Shown: positions 29,794 to 38,701 of the stretch, piece after piece
Numbering within the stretch: position 1 is the first letter of the stretch
Layout: every line of letters starts with the position of its first letter
NCBI GenBank assembly: GCA_963838285.1
Contig: CAWIQP010000005.1
Location: forward strand, 2,075 to 66,074
DNA: 64,000 nt
Direction: 5' to 3'
Source of the DNA: an uncultured Chloroflexia bacterium
GTDB taxonomy: Bacteria > Chloroflexota > Limnocylindria > Limnocylindrales > CSP1-4
Position numbers and translations under genes: made by a program
The notes under the pieces: model-generated
The model's database searches: none
What the model was told of the DNA's origin: nothing
Seen by the model: the letters and a program-made list of their open reading frames with translations, nothing else

Positions 29794-31632
29794 ATGCGTG
29801 GCTGGAGCGAGTTGGCCGAACGCGTCGCCGGGACCACTCGCACCTCGGAGAAGACCTCGCTGCTCGCACGGTACCTGGCGTCCCTGCCGGCTCCCGAGCT
29901 GCGTGCCGCCGCCACGTTCCTGGCGGGACGGCCGTTCGCGGAGGCGGATCAACGGTCCGTGGGCCTGGGTTGGGCTGCCATCGCCGCCGCGGTCGGCCGC
30001 GTCGCGGGTGTGCCCGCGGGAGCGCTGGGCGAGGCCTACGACCGCTCTTCCGACCTGGGGCAGGCCGTGGCCGACGTGCTGGCCGGGCGCACGGACGTGC
30101 CGAACCCCGGCTTCTCCCCGAGCCTGCCCGAAGTGGTGGAGGCCTTCGCCGCCATCGAGGCCGCGCCGGGACCGGCCGCGAAAGGGGCCGTATTCGCCGA
30201 GCTGCTGGAGCGCTGCGACGCTCTGACGGCCAAGTACGTGGTCAAGGTCCTGACGGGTGAGCTGCGCATCGGCCTTCGGGAGGGGCTGCTGGAAGCGGCC
30301 ATCGCGGAAGCGTTCGAGCGGCCCCAGGCGGACGTGGGAATGGCCATGATGCTGACCGGCGACACGGGCGAGACCGCCGTCCTCGCCAAAGAGGGACGCC
30401 TGGACGAAGCTCGCCTCCGGCTCCTCCACCCTCTCAAGTTCATGCTCGCCACGCCGGCTGAGGACGCAGCCGACGTGCTGGCGCGCCTGGGCCCCACGGT
30501 CTGGGTCGAGGACAAGTACGACGGCATCCGCGCCCAGCTCCACCGCCGCGGGGCGGAGGTGAGGCTCTACAGCCGCGACCTGCACGACATCAGCGAGCAG
30601 TTTCCGGAGATCGTCGAAGCGGCTCGGCCGCTGGATTGGGACGGCATTCTTGACGGCGAGATCCTGGCCTACTCCGACGGCCGCGTGCTGCCGTTCCTTA
30701 CTCTGCAGGGGCGGCTCGGCCGGAAGGAACCCACGGCCGACGTCCAGACCGAGGTGCCGGTGGTCTACGTGGCCTTCGATCTGCTTGCAATCGGGCCGCG
30801 CTCGGATGGCTTCGAGGACTCGCGCAACGGCTACCACTCCGGCGACGGGCTCTCCGGCCACTTGGCCGGCGGGCCCTCCGGCCACCCGGCGGACGGGGAC
30901 TCGGGGCGCAACGGCGCCGCTCCCCCGGTGGTGCCGCTGCTGCGGACTCCGCTGGCCGAGCGCCGTGGGCGCCTCGAGGCGTTGGGCCTGCGGCTGGTGG
31001 CCGAGGGTGGCCGGTTCGCGCTGTCCCACCTGGTTACCGTCGATTCGACCGAGTCCATCGATCGCGTCTTCGGCGAGGCCCGCGCCCGGCGGAACGAGGG
31101 CCTGATGGCCAAGGATCCCCAGAGCGGCTATTCGCCCGGCCGCCGGGGTCTCGGCTGGCTCAAGATGAAGCGCGCCCTGGCGACCCTGGACTGTGTCGTC
31201 GTGGGCGTCGAAGCCGGCCACGGCAAACGGCACGGCGTTCTGTCGGACTACACGTTCGCCGTTCGCGACGAGTCGGCCGATCGCCTGGTCACGATCGGCA
31301 AGGCCTACACCGGCCTGACCGACGCGGAGATCGCCGAGATGACCCGCTGGTTCGAGGACCACACCGTCCGCCGGCAAGGCCGGTTCAGGCAGGTCGAGCC
31401 GCTCGTCGTCGTCGAGGTGGCCTTCGACGTCATCCAGCGCTCGAACCGACACCAGTCGGGCTACTCGCTGCGCTTCCCGCGCATCGTCCGGCTCCGGCCC
31501 GACAAGACGCCGATCGAGATCGACACGCTGGCGAACGTCGAGCGGCTCCACCGCGAGCTGCAGCAGGGCTCCGAGTATCTGGTCACGGCCGAGGTCAGGC
31601 AGTCGGAGATGGCGCCGATCGAGCCCGTTTGA
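29794..31632 (+). CDS. ATP-dependent DNA ligase (LigB-like)
   Basis: EDKYDG, LDGEI, FDLL, EGLMAK, WLKMK, SLRFPRI. Confidence 0.93.
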   Translation: MRGWSELAERVAGTTRTSEKTSLLARYLASLPAPELRAAATFLAGRPFAEADQRSVGLGWAAIAAAVGRVAGVPAGALGEAYDRSSDLGQAVADVLAGRTDVPNPGFSPSLPEVVEAFAAIEAAPGPAAKGAVFAELLERCDALTAKYVVKVLTGELRIGLREGLLEAAIAEAFERPQADVGMAMMLTGDTGETAVLAKEGRLDEARLRLLHPLKFMLATPAEDAADVLARLGPTVWVEDKYDGIRAQLHRRGAEVRLYSRDLHDISEQFPEIVEAARPLDWDGILDGEILAYSDGRVLPFLTLQGRLGRKEPTADVQTEVPVVYVAFDLLAIGPRSDGFEDSRNGYHSGDGLSGHLAGGPSGHPADGDSGRNGAAPPVVPLLRTPLAERRGRLEALGLRLVAEGGRFALSHLVTVDSTESIDRVFGEARARRNEGLMAKDPQSGYSPGRRGLGWLKMKRALATLDCVVVGVEAGHGKRHGVLSDYTFAVRDESADRLVTIGKAYTGLTDAEIAEMTRWFEDHTVRRQGRFRQVEPLVVVEVAFDVIQRSNRHQSGYSLRFPRIVRLRPDKTPIEIDTLANVERLHRELQQGSEYLVTAEVRQSEMAPIEPV

Positions 31633-31672
31633 GCCCCGTTCGGACCGTCGCCCCGCCGGTTATGCTGCGGCC

Positions 31673-32234
31673 ATGCTCGATTCGTTCAGTCCGGCTCAGC
31701 CGCTCCCGATCACGATTGGGACCGCCAATCTCATCGTCCAGGGCACTCTCCGCACCAGGCTCCGCCGCCTCTCCGACGTCCTCAACGAGCCCGATGCCGA
31801 GCACCTGGTGCTGTTCGACGCCACGTTCATGGAGCTGGGGTCGCGGCGGGTGATCGCCGGGTCGAGCGCGGCCCAGGTCCCGCTGGCGGACGTGCTGTTC
31901 GCCCACGCGGATGGACCGACCGAATCCGGCAAGGAGATGAGGCAGCCCAAGCAATCGATCCGGGCTGTCCTGCTCGCCCCGCCCTTCACCGTCGAGGGCC
32001 ACATCTATCTGGCCTACGAAGCCGAGCTGCATCATGGCCCTCGACGCCTTCGGCGGCCGGTTCGTGCCCGTCACGGATGCCCGCTACTGGGCCTACAGCG
32101 TCGCCGAATCGCCCAGCTACGTGGATCTGCTGCTGCTCAACCATGCCCGGACGCACGTCGCCGTTCCCGCCGGCGTGGAGTGGCACGTGGAGCCGCCGCA
32201 CGACTCGGGCTCGGGCGCCTCGAATCCCTGGTAG
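31673..32234 (+). CDS. Hypothetical two-repeat beta protein, frameshifted near 32030
   Basis: Coding-like frame 31673..~32030 continues in frame 32034..32234; -10 TATGCT 6 nt before ATG. Confidence 0.65.
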
Positions 32235-32353
32235 GGGACGGGCCGGTGCCAGCCGGCCACCACAGCTCCGACCGGCCACGACCCACCGCCGCGACCACGG
32301 CCGCGACCGTTTCTCGGCCGCCGCCGTCCCTCGGCCGCCGCTTCTCGCCTGGA

Positions 32354-33241
32354 TCAGCGCTCGACGGGGAGGTCGAGGCGGTTACCCCACTCCGCCCAGC
32401 CCGCGTCGTAAACGGCGATGTCGTCGTAGCCGATGAGCGCCAGGGCGAAGGCCAGCTTGCAGGCCCCGATGCCGGCCGAGTCGTAGCAGATCAGGCGCCG
32501 CCGCGGGACGACGCCCGCTCGACGCAGAAGTGCCCGTATCTCCTCGGCGCCGCGGAAGCGGCCCGTCCGGGGCTCCGTCGTGGCCGCGGCCGGAACGTTG
32601 AGCGCTCCGGGAATGTGACCCAGCCGGCGCGTGGTTCCGGCATGGCCGGCGAACTCGGACGGGGAGCGGGCGTCCAGCAGCTGGACCTGCGGTGAGTCGA
32701 GGAGCTGCTTGACGTCGCTGGCCGTCAGCCGCAACCGGGGCTCCAGCCGCGGCGTGAAGATGGTGGGCGGTCGCAGCTCCGCGGCCGACGAGAGCGGCTG
32801 GGCCAGGGCGCGCCAGCCGTCCAAACCGCCCATCAGGAGTCGGCCGGACTCGAAGCCGTAGACGCGGAGCGTCCACCACGCCCGCGCGGCGTACGAAAGC
32901 GCCGCGTCGTCGTACAGGATCCCCACCATGCCGTCGCCGAGGCCGGCCCGCTTCAATGTCTCGGTCACTCGCTGAGGGCCGGCCATGAACAGGACGTCGT
33001 CGTCTTCGTCCTGCTCGACCAGGTCCGTGCGCCAGTCCACGTACATGGCCCCGGGAATGTGCCCGGACGCGTAGAGGCGCCGACCCGAGCCGTCGGGCCG
33101 CCAGCGCAGGTCGAGCACACCGAAGCCGGGACGGCTCAGGTTCTCGGCCAGCCACTCGGGCGTGGCCAGCAGCTCCGGTCTGGCGTATCCGCTTACCTGG
33201 TATCCGCTCATCTGGTATCGGCTCAAGCGCTGTCCGGTCAT
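32354..33241 (-). CDS. Tandem-domain rhodanese/sulfurtransferase (SseA-like) lacking the canonical catalytic Cys
   Basis: GHIPGA twice, LLDARS..EF.G, YDAGWAEW; active-site loop reads ICYDSAGIGA. Confidence 0.88.
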   Translation of the reverse strand: MTGQRLSRYQMSGYQVSGYARPELLATPEWLAENLSRPGFGVLDLRWRPDGSGRRLYASGHIPGAMYVDWRTDLVEQDEDDDVLFMAGPQRVTETLKRAGLGDGMVGILYDDAALSYAARAWWTLRVYGFESGRLLMGGLDGWRALAQPLSSAAELRPPTIFTPRLEPRLRLTASDVKQLLDSPQVQLLDARSPSEFAGHAGTTRRLGHIPGALNVPAAATTEPRTGRFRGAEEIRALLRRAGVVPRRRLICYDSAGIGACKLAFALALIGYDDIAVYDAGWAEWGNRLDLPVER

Positions 33242-33341
33242 CCAACCCCCCAGGCCGCGCTCGCCGCAGATCGCCTCGATGAAGATGCAGACGGGGAACC
33301 GCCGATGTAGGTCCGCGCAGCCGCCGCCTATCATACGAACC

Positions 33342-34586
33342 GTGGTGACGCCGTTTCTCCCCGACGACCAGAAGATCCCGGCCCTCCGTGAGGCGCTTCC
33401 GTCGACGGCCGCGGGCATCTACTTCAATACGGGCACGGCCGGGCCGCTCCCCAGGGAGACGGCCCATGCCATGGCCGAGGCCGAGGCCTGGGAGCTGCGC
33501 ACCGGCCGGGCCGACGTCCACCACTACGAGGACTCGCTCGAACGCATGGCCGAGGCGCGAGCCGCGATCGCCGCGGTCGTTGGCACGGACCCGAGCCACG
33601 TCGCCCTGACTCACGCCACGACCGACGGAATGAACGTGGCGGCCTGGGCGGTCGACTGGAAGCCCGGCGACCGGGTCGTGACTACGAGCCTCGAGCATGC
33701 CGGCGGACTGGGCCCGCTCTGGGCGCTGCGCGAGCGCGGCGGCGTGGAGCTGGTCATCGCCGACGTGGGCACGGGCGGCGATGCGGCCGCCATCCTGGAG
33801 ACGATGGACCGCGCCGTCGTCCCGGGGACGCGACTCGTGGCGCTTTCGCACGTCACCTGGGCTACCGGTGCTCGCCTGCCGATACGCGAGATCGCGGAGC
33901 TGGCCCACTCACGAGGCGCGCTCGTCGCCGTAGACGGCGCCCAATCGGTCGGGGCCATCCCGGTCTCGGTCGAGGATCTGGGCGTCGACTTCTACGCCGT
34001 GCCCGGCCAGAAGTGGCTGCTGGGGCCCGAAGGCATCGGCGCGGTTTACTGCGCCCCTTCGGTGCTGGATCGGCCGCGCACCACGTTCACCGGCTACTGG
34101 AGCTTCGAATCGATCGACCTGGCGGCGAAGGGCGACCTCTGGCCCGATGCCCGACGGTTCGAAGGCTCGGGCTTCCACGGGCCGTCGGTTCTCGGCCTGG
34201 CTCGAAGCGCGGCCTGGCTGTCGATGTACGTCGGGCTCGGCTGGATCCACGAGCGCATCGCCCGAATGGCCGGCGAGGCGGCTTCCATGCTGGCCGAAGT
34301 GCCCGGCGTCGAAGTGCTGACTCCGCGCGACAACATGGCCGGACTGGTCACGTTCAGGATCGCGGGCTGGAAGTCCTCCGCGGCCCTGAAGGAGCTGTCG
34401 CAGCGGACGCTCTGCATCGCCCGCACCATCCCGCCGCTCGACGCCATCCGCATCAGCGTCGGCTTCTTCAACACCGACGGCGAGCTGCGCCGCTTCCGCG
34501 ACGGCGTGGCCCTGGTGGCGGAGCACACGCCCGAGACGATCCCGCACCGCCCGCGGATCGAGGTCCTGCGCGGCGGCGTGGACTGA
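33342..34586 (+). CDS. Class V PLP-dependent enzyme (cysteine/cystine C-S lyase-like)
   Basis: YFNTGTAGP, EH, SHVTWATG, DGAQSVG, GQKWLLGPEG, IRISVGFFN. Confidence 0.88.
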   Translation: MVTPFLPDDQKIPALREALPSTAAGIYFNTGTAGPLPRETAHAMAEAEAWELRTGRADVHHYEDSLERMAEARAAIAAVVGTDPSHVALTHATTDGMNVAAWAVDWKPGDRVVTTSLEHAGGLGPLWALRERGGVELVIADVGTGGDAAAILETMDRAVVPGTRLVALSHVTWATGARLPIREIAELAHSRGALVAVDGAQSVGAIPVSVEDLGVDFYAVPGQKWLLGPEGIGAVYCAPSVLDRPRTTFTGYWSFESIDLAAKGDLWPDARRFEGSGFHGPSVLGLARSAAWLSMYVGLGWIHERIARMAGEAASMLAEVPGVEVLTPRDNMAGLVTFRIAGWKSSAALKELSQRTLCIARTIPPLDAIRISVGFFNTDGELRRFRDGVALVAEHTPETIPHRPRIEVLRGGVD

Positions 34587-34619
34587 GGCGAGTCGTTCGC
34601 CCGATCCTGGACCGGAGTC

Positions 34620-34740
34620 GGAGCCCGAGATCCGGGCTCACCCGAGCCCCACCCGGCCCGACCGGCCCTACGAGGGCCCCACCGGGGCCCGCCCGGGCCC
34701 TACCCGGCTCACCCGAGGCCCGGGCCCACCCGGGCTCAGC
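34620..34740. repeat. Degenerate ~10-bp-period GC tandem repeat (CCGGGCTCAC/CCGGGCCC)
   Basis: Read directly from the sequence. Confidence 0.7.
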
Positions 34741-34751
34741 CACGCTCGACT

Positions 34752-34968
34752 ATCTGGTCCAACTTGCCTGGAGTGGGAATTGGGCCGGCCGACCGTGCCT
34801 CTCGGTGGCTGGGGAGGCGGCTTCGCGCCGGGGCAGGATTAGCCGGCGCGCTCAGGACGGAGCCGTGGTCCCGGTTTGCGGGCGGTCGGGGCGCCGCGAG
34901 GCAGGCCGTCCCCGGTCGCCCTGCGTTGTGTCCGCCCCAACTTTCACGTGGGGCAAGTTTGGCCAGAT
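34752..34968. mobile_element. REPIN/MITE-like element, copy 2
   Basis: ATCTGGTCCAACTTGCCTGGAGTGGGAATTGGGCC ... GCCCCAACTTTCACGTGGGGCAAGTTTGGCCAGAT; same end consensus as 24367..24540. Confidence 0.6.
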
Positions 34969-35114
34969 GGCGGGGACGGTCGCCCGGATCGTGGCCCGCA
35001 TCGGGCCCGGAGCCAGCGGTGGCAAAAGCGAGGGTCGCCGCCGGTCGGGCCCGCTGTTGACCCGGGCACGAGGAGGGCGGTCGCTGGTGTGGTGTTGTAC
35101 GATCGTGGCCCGGC

Positions 35115-35190
35115 GGGGGAGTAGCTCAACGGTTAGAGCATGGCTCTTATACAGCCCCGGTTGGAGGTTCGAATCCTCCCTCCCCTACCA
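35115..35190 (+). tRNA. tRNA-Ile with UAU anticodon
   Basis: Cloverleaf: acceptor GGGGGAG/CTCCCCT, D-arm GCTC/GAGC, anticodon arm (T)GGCT-CTTATAC-AGCC(C), T-arm GGAGG-TTCGAAT-CCTCC, discriminator A, encoded CCA; anticodon TAT at 35148-35150; upstream -10 TACGAT. Confidence 0.92.
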
Positions 35191-35576
35191 GCGACGCTTC
35201 CGTCGTCCCATCCGTCCCTGCCCACGCCCCAGTGTCGAGCGATCGCCCAGGCGACTCCGCCCCCGGCGGCAGCGGCTGGCGAGCTGAGCCAGGAATCGAC
35301 GCGAACGGGTGGCGGAGGCCCGCCCGCCTACGACCTGCCCCTGGAGGTCGACCGCGTGACCCGAGTCGGGCACGTGACGGTCCAGCCGCTGGTCTCGCTG
35401 CCGTCCGCCGGCCTCTGGGTGGTCGAGGTTAGTCCGGCCGGTAACTGAGCGCCGTCGGCCGGCCCAGTGCGTTACGAGAAGTCATGGAGACGCCGCCGTC
35501 AAACGGCGGTTGACCGTGAAGCGGCGCGCCTTACGATGTTAGGACGCCACCACCGCGGACTGGAGGACCGTCACCG

Positions 35577-36332
35577 ATGAGCGCTCTCCCTCCCGACGAC
35601 GTTGCACCGCCTGACCCTGCCGCAAGCCCGGGAACTCCGGCCGGCGTGCCGGCCGCGAGTCCCGCCGCTCCGCCCCCCTGGGCCGTCCCCGCGGTGCCGC
35701 CGGCGCCTGCCTCGCCCGTCGCGCCGCAGCCCGGAACGTGGGGCCGGTCAGTCGCCCCGGCCTCCGCCCCCCGGACCCCGGCGTTCCAGTTCAACCGGGA
35801 ACGGTGGCTGCCGAGCATCGTGGTGGCATCGATCATCGCCTGCGTCGTGCTCGGCGGCATCGGACTTGACCAGGTCATCGCCGCCCCCAGTGCCGGCACC
35901 GTGACCGTAGGCGGCTCGGTGACCATAACCGCCGCGCCCGGCTGGGTCCTGGCCTCGCCGGCGGGCGACACCTCGAGCGGCATCGAGCTGGACAAGGCCG
36001 ACGCCGTCCTGACCGCCCAGGTCGTCTCGTCGGACTTCACCGGCGGCTCGGCCTCGATGCTGTCGGCCCAGGAGCAATCGCTCAGCAGCGACTCGTCCCA
36101 GATCAGCTACGGCGACGCGCACCAGGCCACGGTCAGCGGCCACGACACCACGTACGTCGCCTTCGAGGCCACCGTGGCCTCCGGCCAGCACGGCATCCTC
36201 GACGGCGAGCTGGTCTGCATGGTCGTCAGCGACAACGGGGTCGTCGTGGTGGCGGCCGCCCCGCAAGGCGATCTCGACCCCGTCGTCAACGACATAGCGG
36301 CAATGCTCAAGAGTGTGGGAGCCGGACAATGA
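35577..36332 (+). CDS. Hypothetical membrane-anchored protein
   Basis: RBS GGAGGA, Pro-rich N-terminus, one TM, extracytoplasmic domain; overlaps prsW start. Confidence 0.75.
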   Translation: MSALPPDDVAPPDPAASPGTPAGVPAASPAAPPPWAVPAVPPAPASPVAPQPGTWGRSVAPASAPRTPAFQFNRERWLPSIVVASIIACVVLGGIGLDQVIAAPSAGTVTVGGSVTITAAPGWVLASPAGDTSSGIELDKADAVLTAQVVSSDFTGGSASMLSAQEQSLSSDSSQISYGDAHQATVSGHDTTYVAFEATVASGQHGILDGELVCMVVSDNGVVVVAAAPQGDLDPVVNDIAAMLKSVGAGQ

Positions 36333-38159
36333 CGACCCCCGTTGGACCGGCTTCCGGCATGACGGGCCCCTTCGGCTCACCGACCCCCGTCGGCTTCTCG
36401 AATCCGCCCGCCTCGTCGCCGCCGGCGCCGCCGCGGTGGGGCAGGCAGGCATCCCTCATTCAGCCGACCCTGCCGGCCTTCTGGCTCTACTGCGCCATGC
36501 TGGCCATCGGCGGCTACTTCTTCGTGCAAGAGCAGTCGCTCATGAGCAATCTGACGAACGCCTACGTGCTGTCCTGGGCGCTCGTCCTCGTCTATGCGGT
36601 ACCGGTCGCTTTCGTCATCTATCGGCTCGATCTGTTCGAGCGCGAGCCGAAGCTGCTGCTGGCGGCCGCCGTGGTGTGGGGCGGCGTGATCGCCACCAGC
36701 CTGGCCGGCCATGCCAACGAGGCCTGGCTGTCGATCCTCGGCAAGGTCGTCTCGACCGACTTCGCTTCCCAGTGGGGCGCGGCTGTGGTGGGCCCCGGCG
36801 TCGAAGAGACGCTCAAGCTGATGGGCGTCGTCACCATCTTTCTGATCGCGTCGAGCGAGTTCGACGGGGTCATGGACGGCTTCGTCTACGGCGCCATGGT
36901 CGGCCTCGGCTTCACCGTCGTCGAGGACGTGTCGTACTTCATCAACGCGGTGGCGGCCGCGCCGGGCCTCGTCGATCAGTCCGGCCCGGTCTTCAACACG
37001 TTCCTGATCCGCGTGGTGGGCGGCGGCCTCTACGGTCACGTCCTGTTCACCGGCCTGACGGGGACCGGTTTCGCCTTCTTCGTCACGCAACGCGCCGCCG
37101 CGATGCCCAAGCGCCTGATCGGCGCGGGGCTATGCATCGCCGCGGGAGTGTCGGCCCACGTCGTCTGGAACTCGCCGTGGATGGACTCCGTCCTTCAAAC
37201 CACCGGCGGAGCCAATCCCAGCGTCATCCAGTGGATCCAATACGGGACCCTCAAGGGCCTGCCCTTCCTGATCCTGCTCGGGCTGCTCGTCCTGTTCGCC
37301 ACCCGCAGCGAAGAGGCCAACTACCGGGCCATCGTCGCCGGGGAGCCCGATCCTATGGTCGTCACCGACGACGAGATCCGATCGCTTCGGAGTCTCTGGG
37401 CCAGGCGGTCGGCCCGAACCGCGGCGGGTCGACTCCACGGCCCGGCCGGGGCGCAACTGATCGGACGGCTGCAGGCCGCCCAGATCGACTACGCGATGGT
37501 CCGCAGCGGCACCGACTCGCTGGCCGATCCGGCCCTGGACGCCCGGCGCCTGAAGATCCGGGGCATTCGCGCCGAGCTGGACGCGCTGCCCTTCCTGCCA
37601 CAGCCGATTCCGGGGGCCGTGCCGGGCGTTCCGGCTCAGCCGGCGCCTCAGGGTTGGGGGGCGGTCGCTCCGGGGCTGCCGGCCCAGGCTCCGTGGCCGA
37701 ATGCGCCGGCCGAGATCGCTACCGCACCATTGCCGACACCGGTGGAAGCGGCGCCCGTCGCGGTGGAGGCGGAACCCGAGCCGCGTCACGGCCGAACCCG
37801 AGCCCGCAGCCGCCGCCGCACCCGAAGCCGGGCCGGCGGCCGAACCCATCCCGACCGGACCCGTGCCCGCGGCCGCACCCGCGACCGATCCCGTGCCCGC
37901 GGCCGCACCCGAGCCCGAGCCCGTCTCGGCCGAGCCCGCCGTTGCTGGGGCGGCTCCCGCCTGGACGCCGACTCACGTCGTGCCCGCCGGCGGAATGGCG
38001 GCCTGGGGCGCGCCCGACCCGTCGCGCCCGCCCGTCGCCATGCTGTCCGAGCGCGTCGAGCTGATCGTCGTGGCGCAGGCGGGAGCCTGGGCTCAGGTCC
38101 GAGGCATCAACGGCTGGACTGGCTGGGTCGACGGCCGGCTGCTGGTCCCGCAGCCCTGA
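36329..38159 (+). CDS. PrsW family intramembrane metalloprotease with C-terminal SH3-like domain (frameshift near 37785)
   Basis: FEREP, VEETLK, GLGFTVVED, GH..F, H.VWN; C-terminus continues in the 37701..38159 frame (GAWAQVRGINGWTGWVDGRLL). Confidence 0.85.
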
Positions 38160-38321
38160 TCGCCCGCGGCTCCGTGCCGGCGGCCGTTCGAGCCGGGCGT
38201 TCGGCCGGCGCAAGACGTGCGGCCGGGCGTCGGTCCCGCCTTCGAGAGGTCCGTTTGCCCGATGGCGTCGGGGCCGAACGAGCGCGACAATCAACTAAGA
38301 CGCAGCGCAGAGGTGGGGACG

Positions 38322-38660
38322 TTGTCAGATACGAACGATGGAAGCGGCCGGGCGACGATCGTCCTTGAATTCGGAGGCCTGCACTGGCGCTCCTACACGG
38401 GCATCGCGCCGGCAACGCTGGTCGCGCTGGATAGCCAGGTCTACTTTCCCGGCGACGCCGGCAAGGGCTTTCGTTTCGAGTTGACCGCCTTGCCCGGTCC
38501 GCACGCGCTGACGGTCATGCTCGGGGGCAACTCGCGCACGGTCGCCATCGAGGTCGAAGCCGGCCAAACGTACGAGATCCCGCTCAAGTTCGGCGGTCGC
38601 TGGGGCGCCTTCGAGATCGAATTGCCCGAACCTCTAGCCGAGGGCAAGGCCGGCTCCTAG
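38322..38660 (+). CDS. Hypothetical beta-sandwich (PEGA-like) protein
   Basis: PGPHALTV...TVAIEVEAGQTYEI; start uncertain. Confidence 0.55.
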   Translation: MSDTNDGSGRATIVLEFGGLHWRSYTGIAPATLVALDSQVYFPGDAGKGFRFELTALPGPHALTVMLGGNSRTVAIEVEAGQTYEIPLKFGGRWGAFEIELPEPLAEGKAGS

Positions 38661-38701
38661 CCCTGCGGGCGCCGGCACGAAGCCGGCAATACGCCGGCTG
38701 T

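Noticed and set aside
30795-30935. Intein in the DNA ligase
   Set aside because: Too short; no intein N-terminal block or HN-C/S/T splice junction.
35115-38660. Genomic island integrated at the tRNA
   Set aside because: No integrase, no duplicated tRNA 3' end found, no obvious composition shift.
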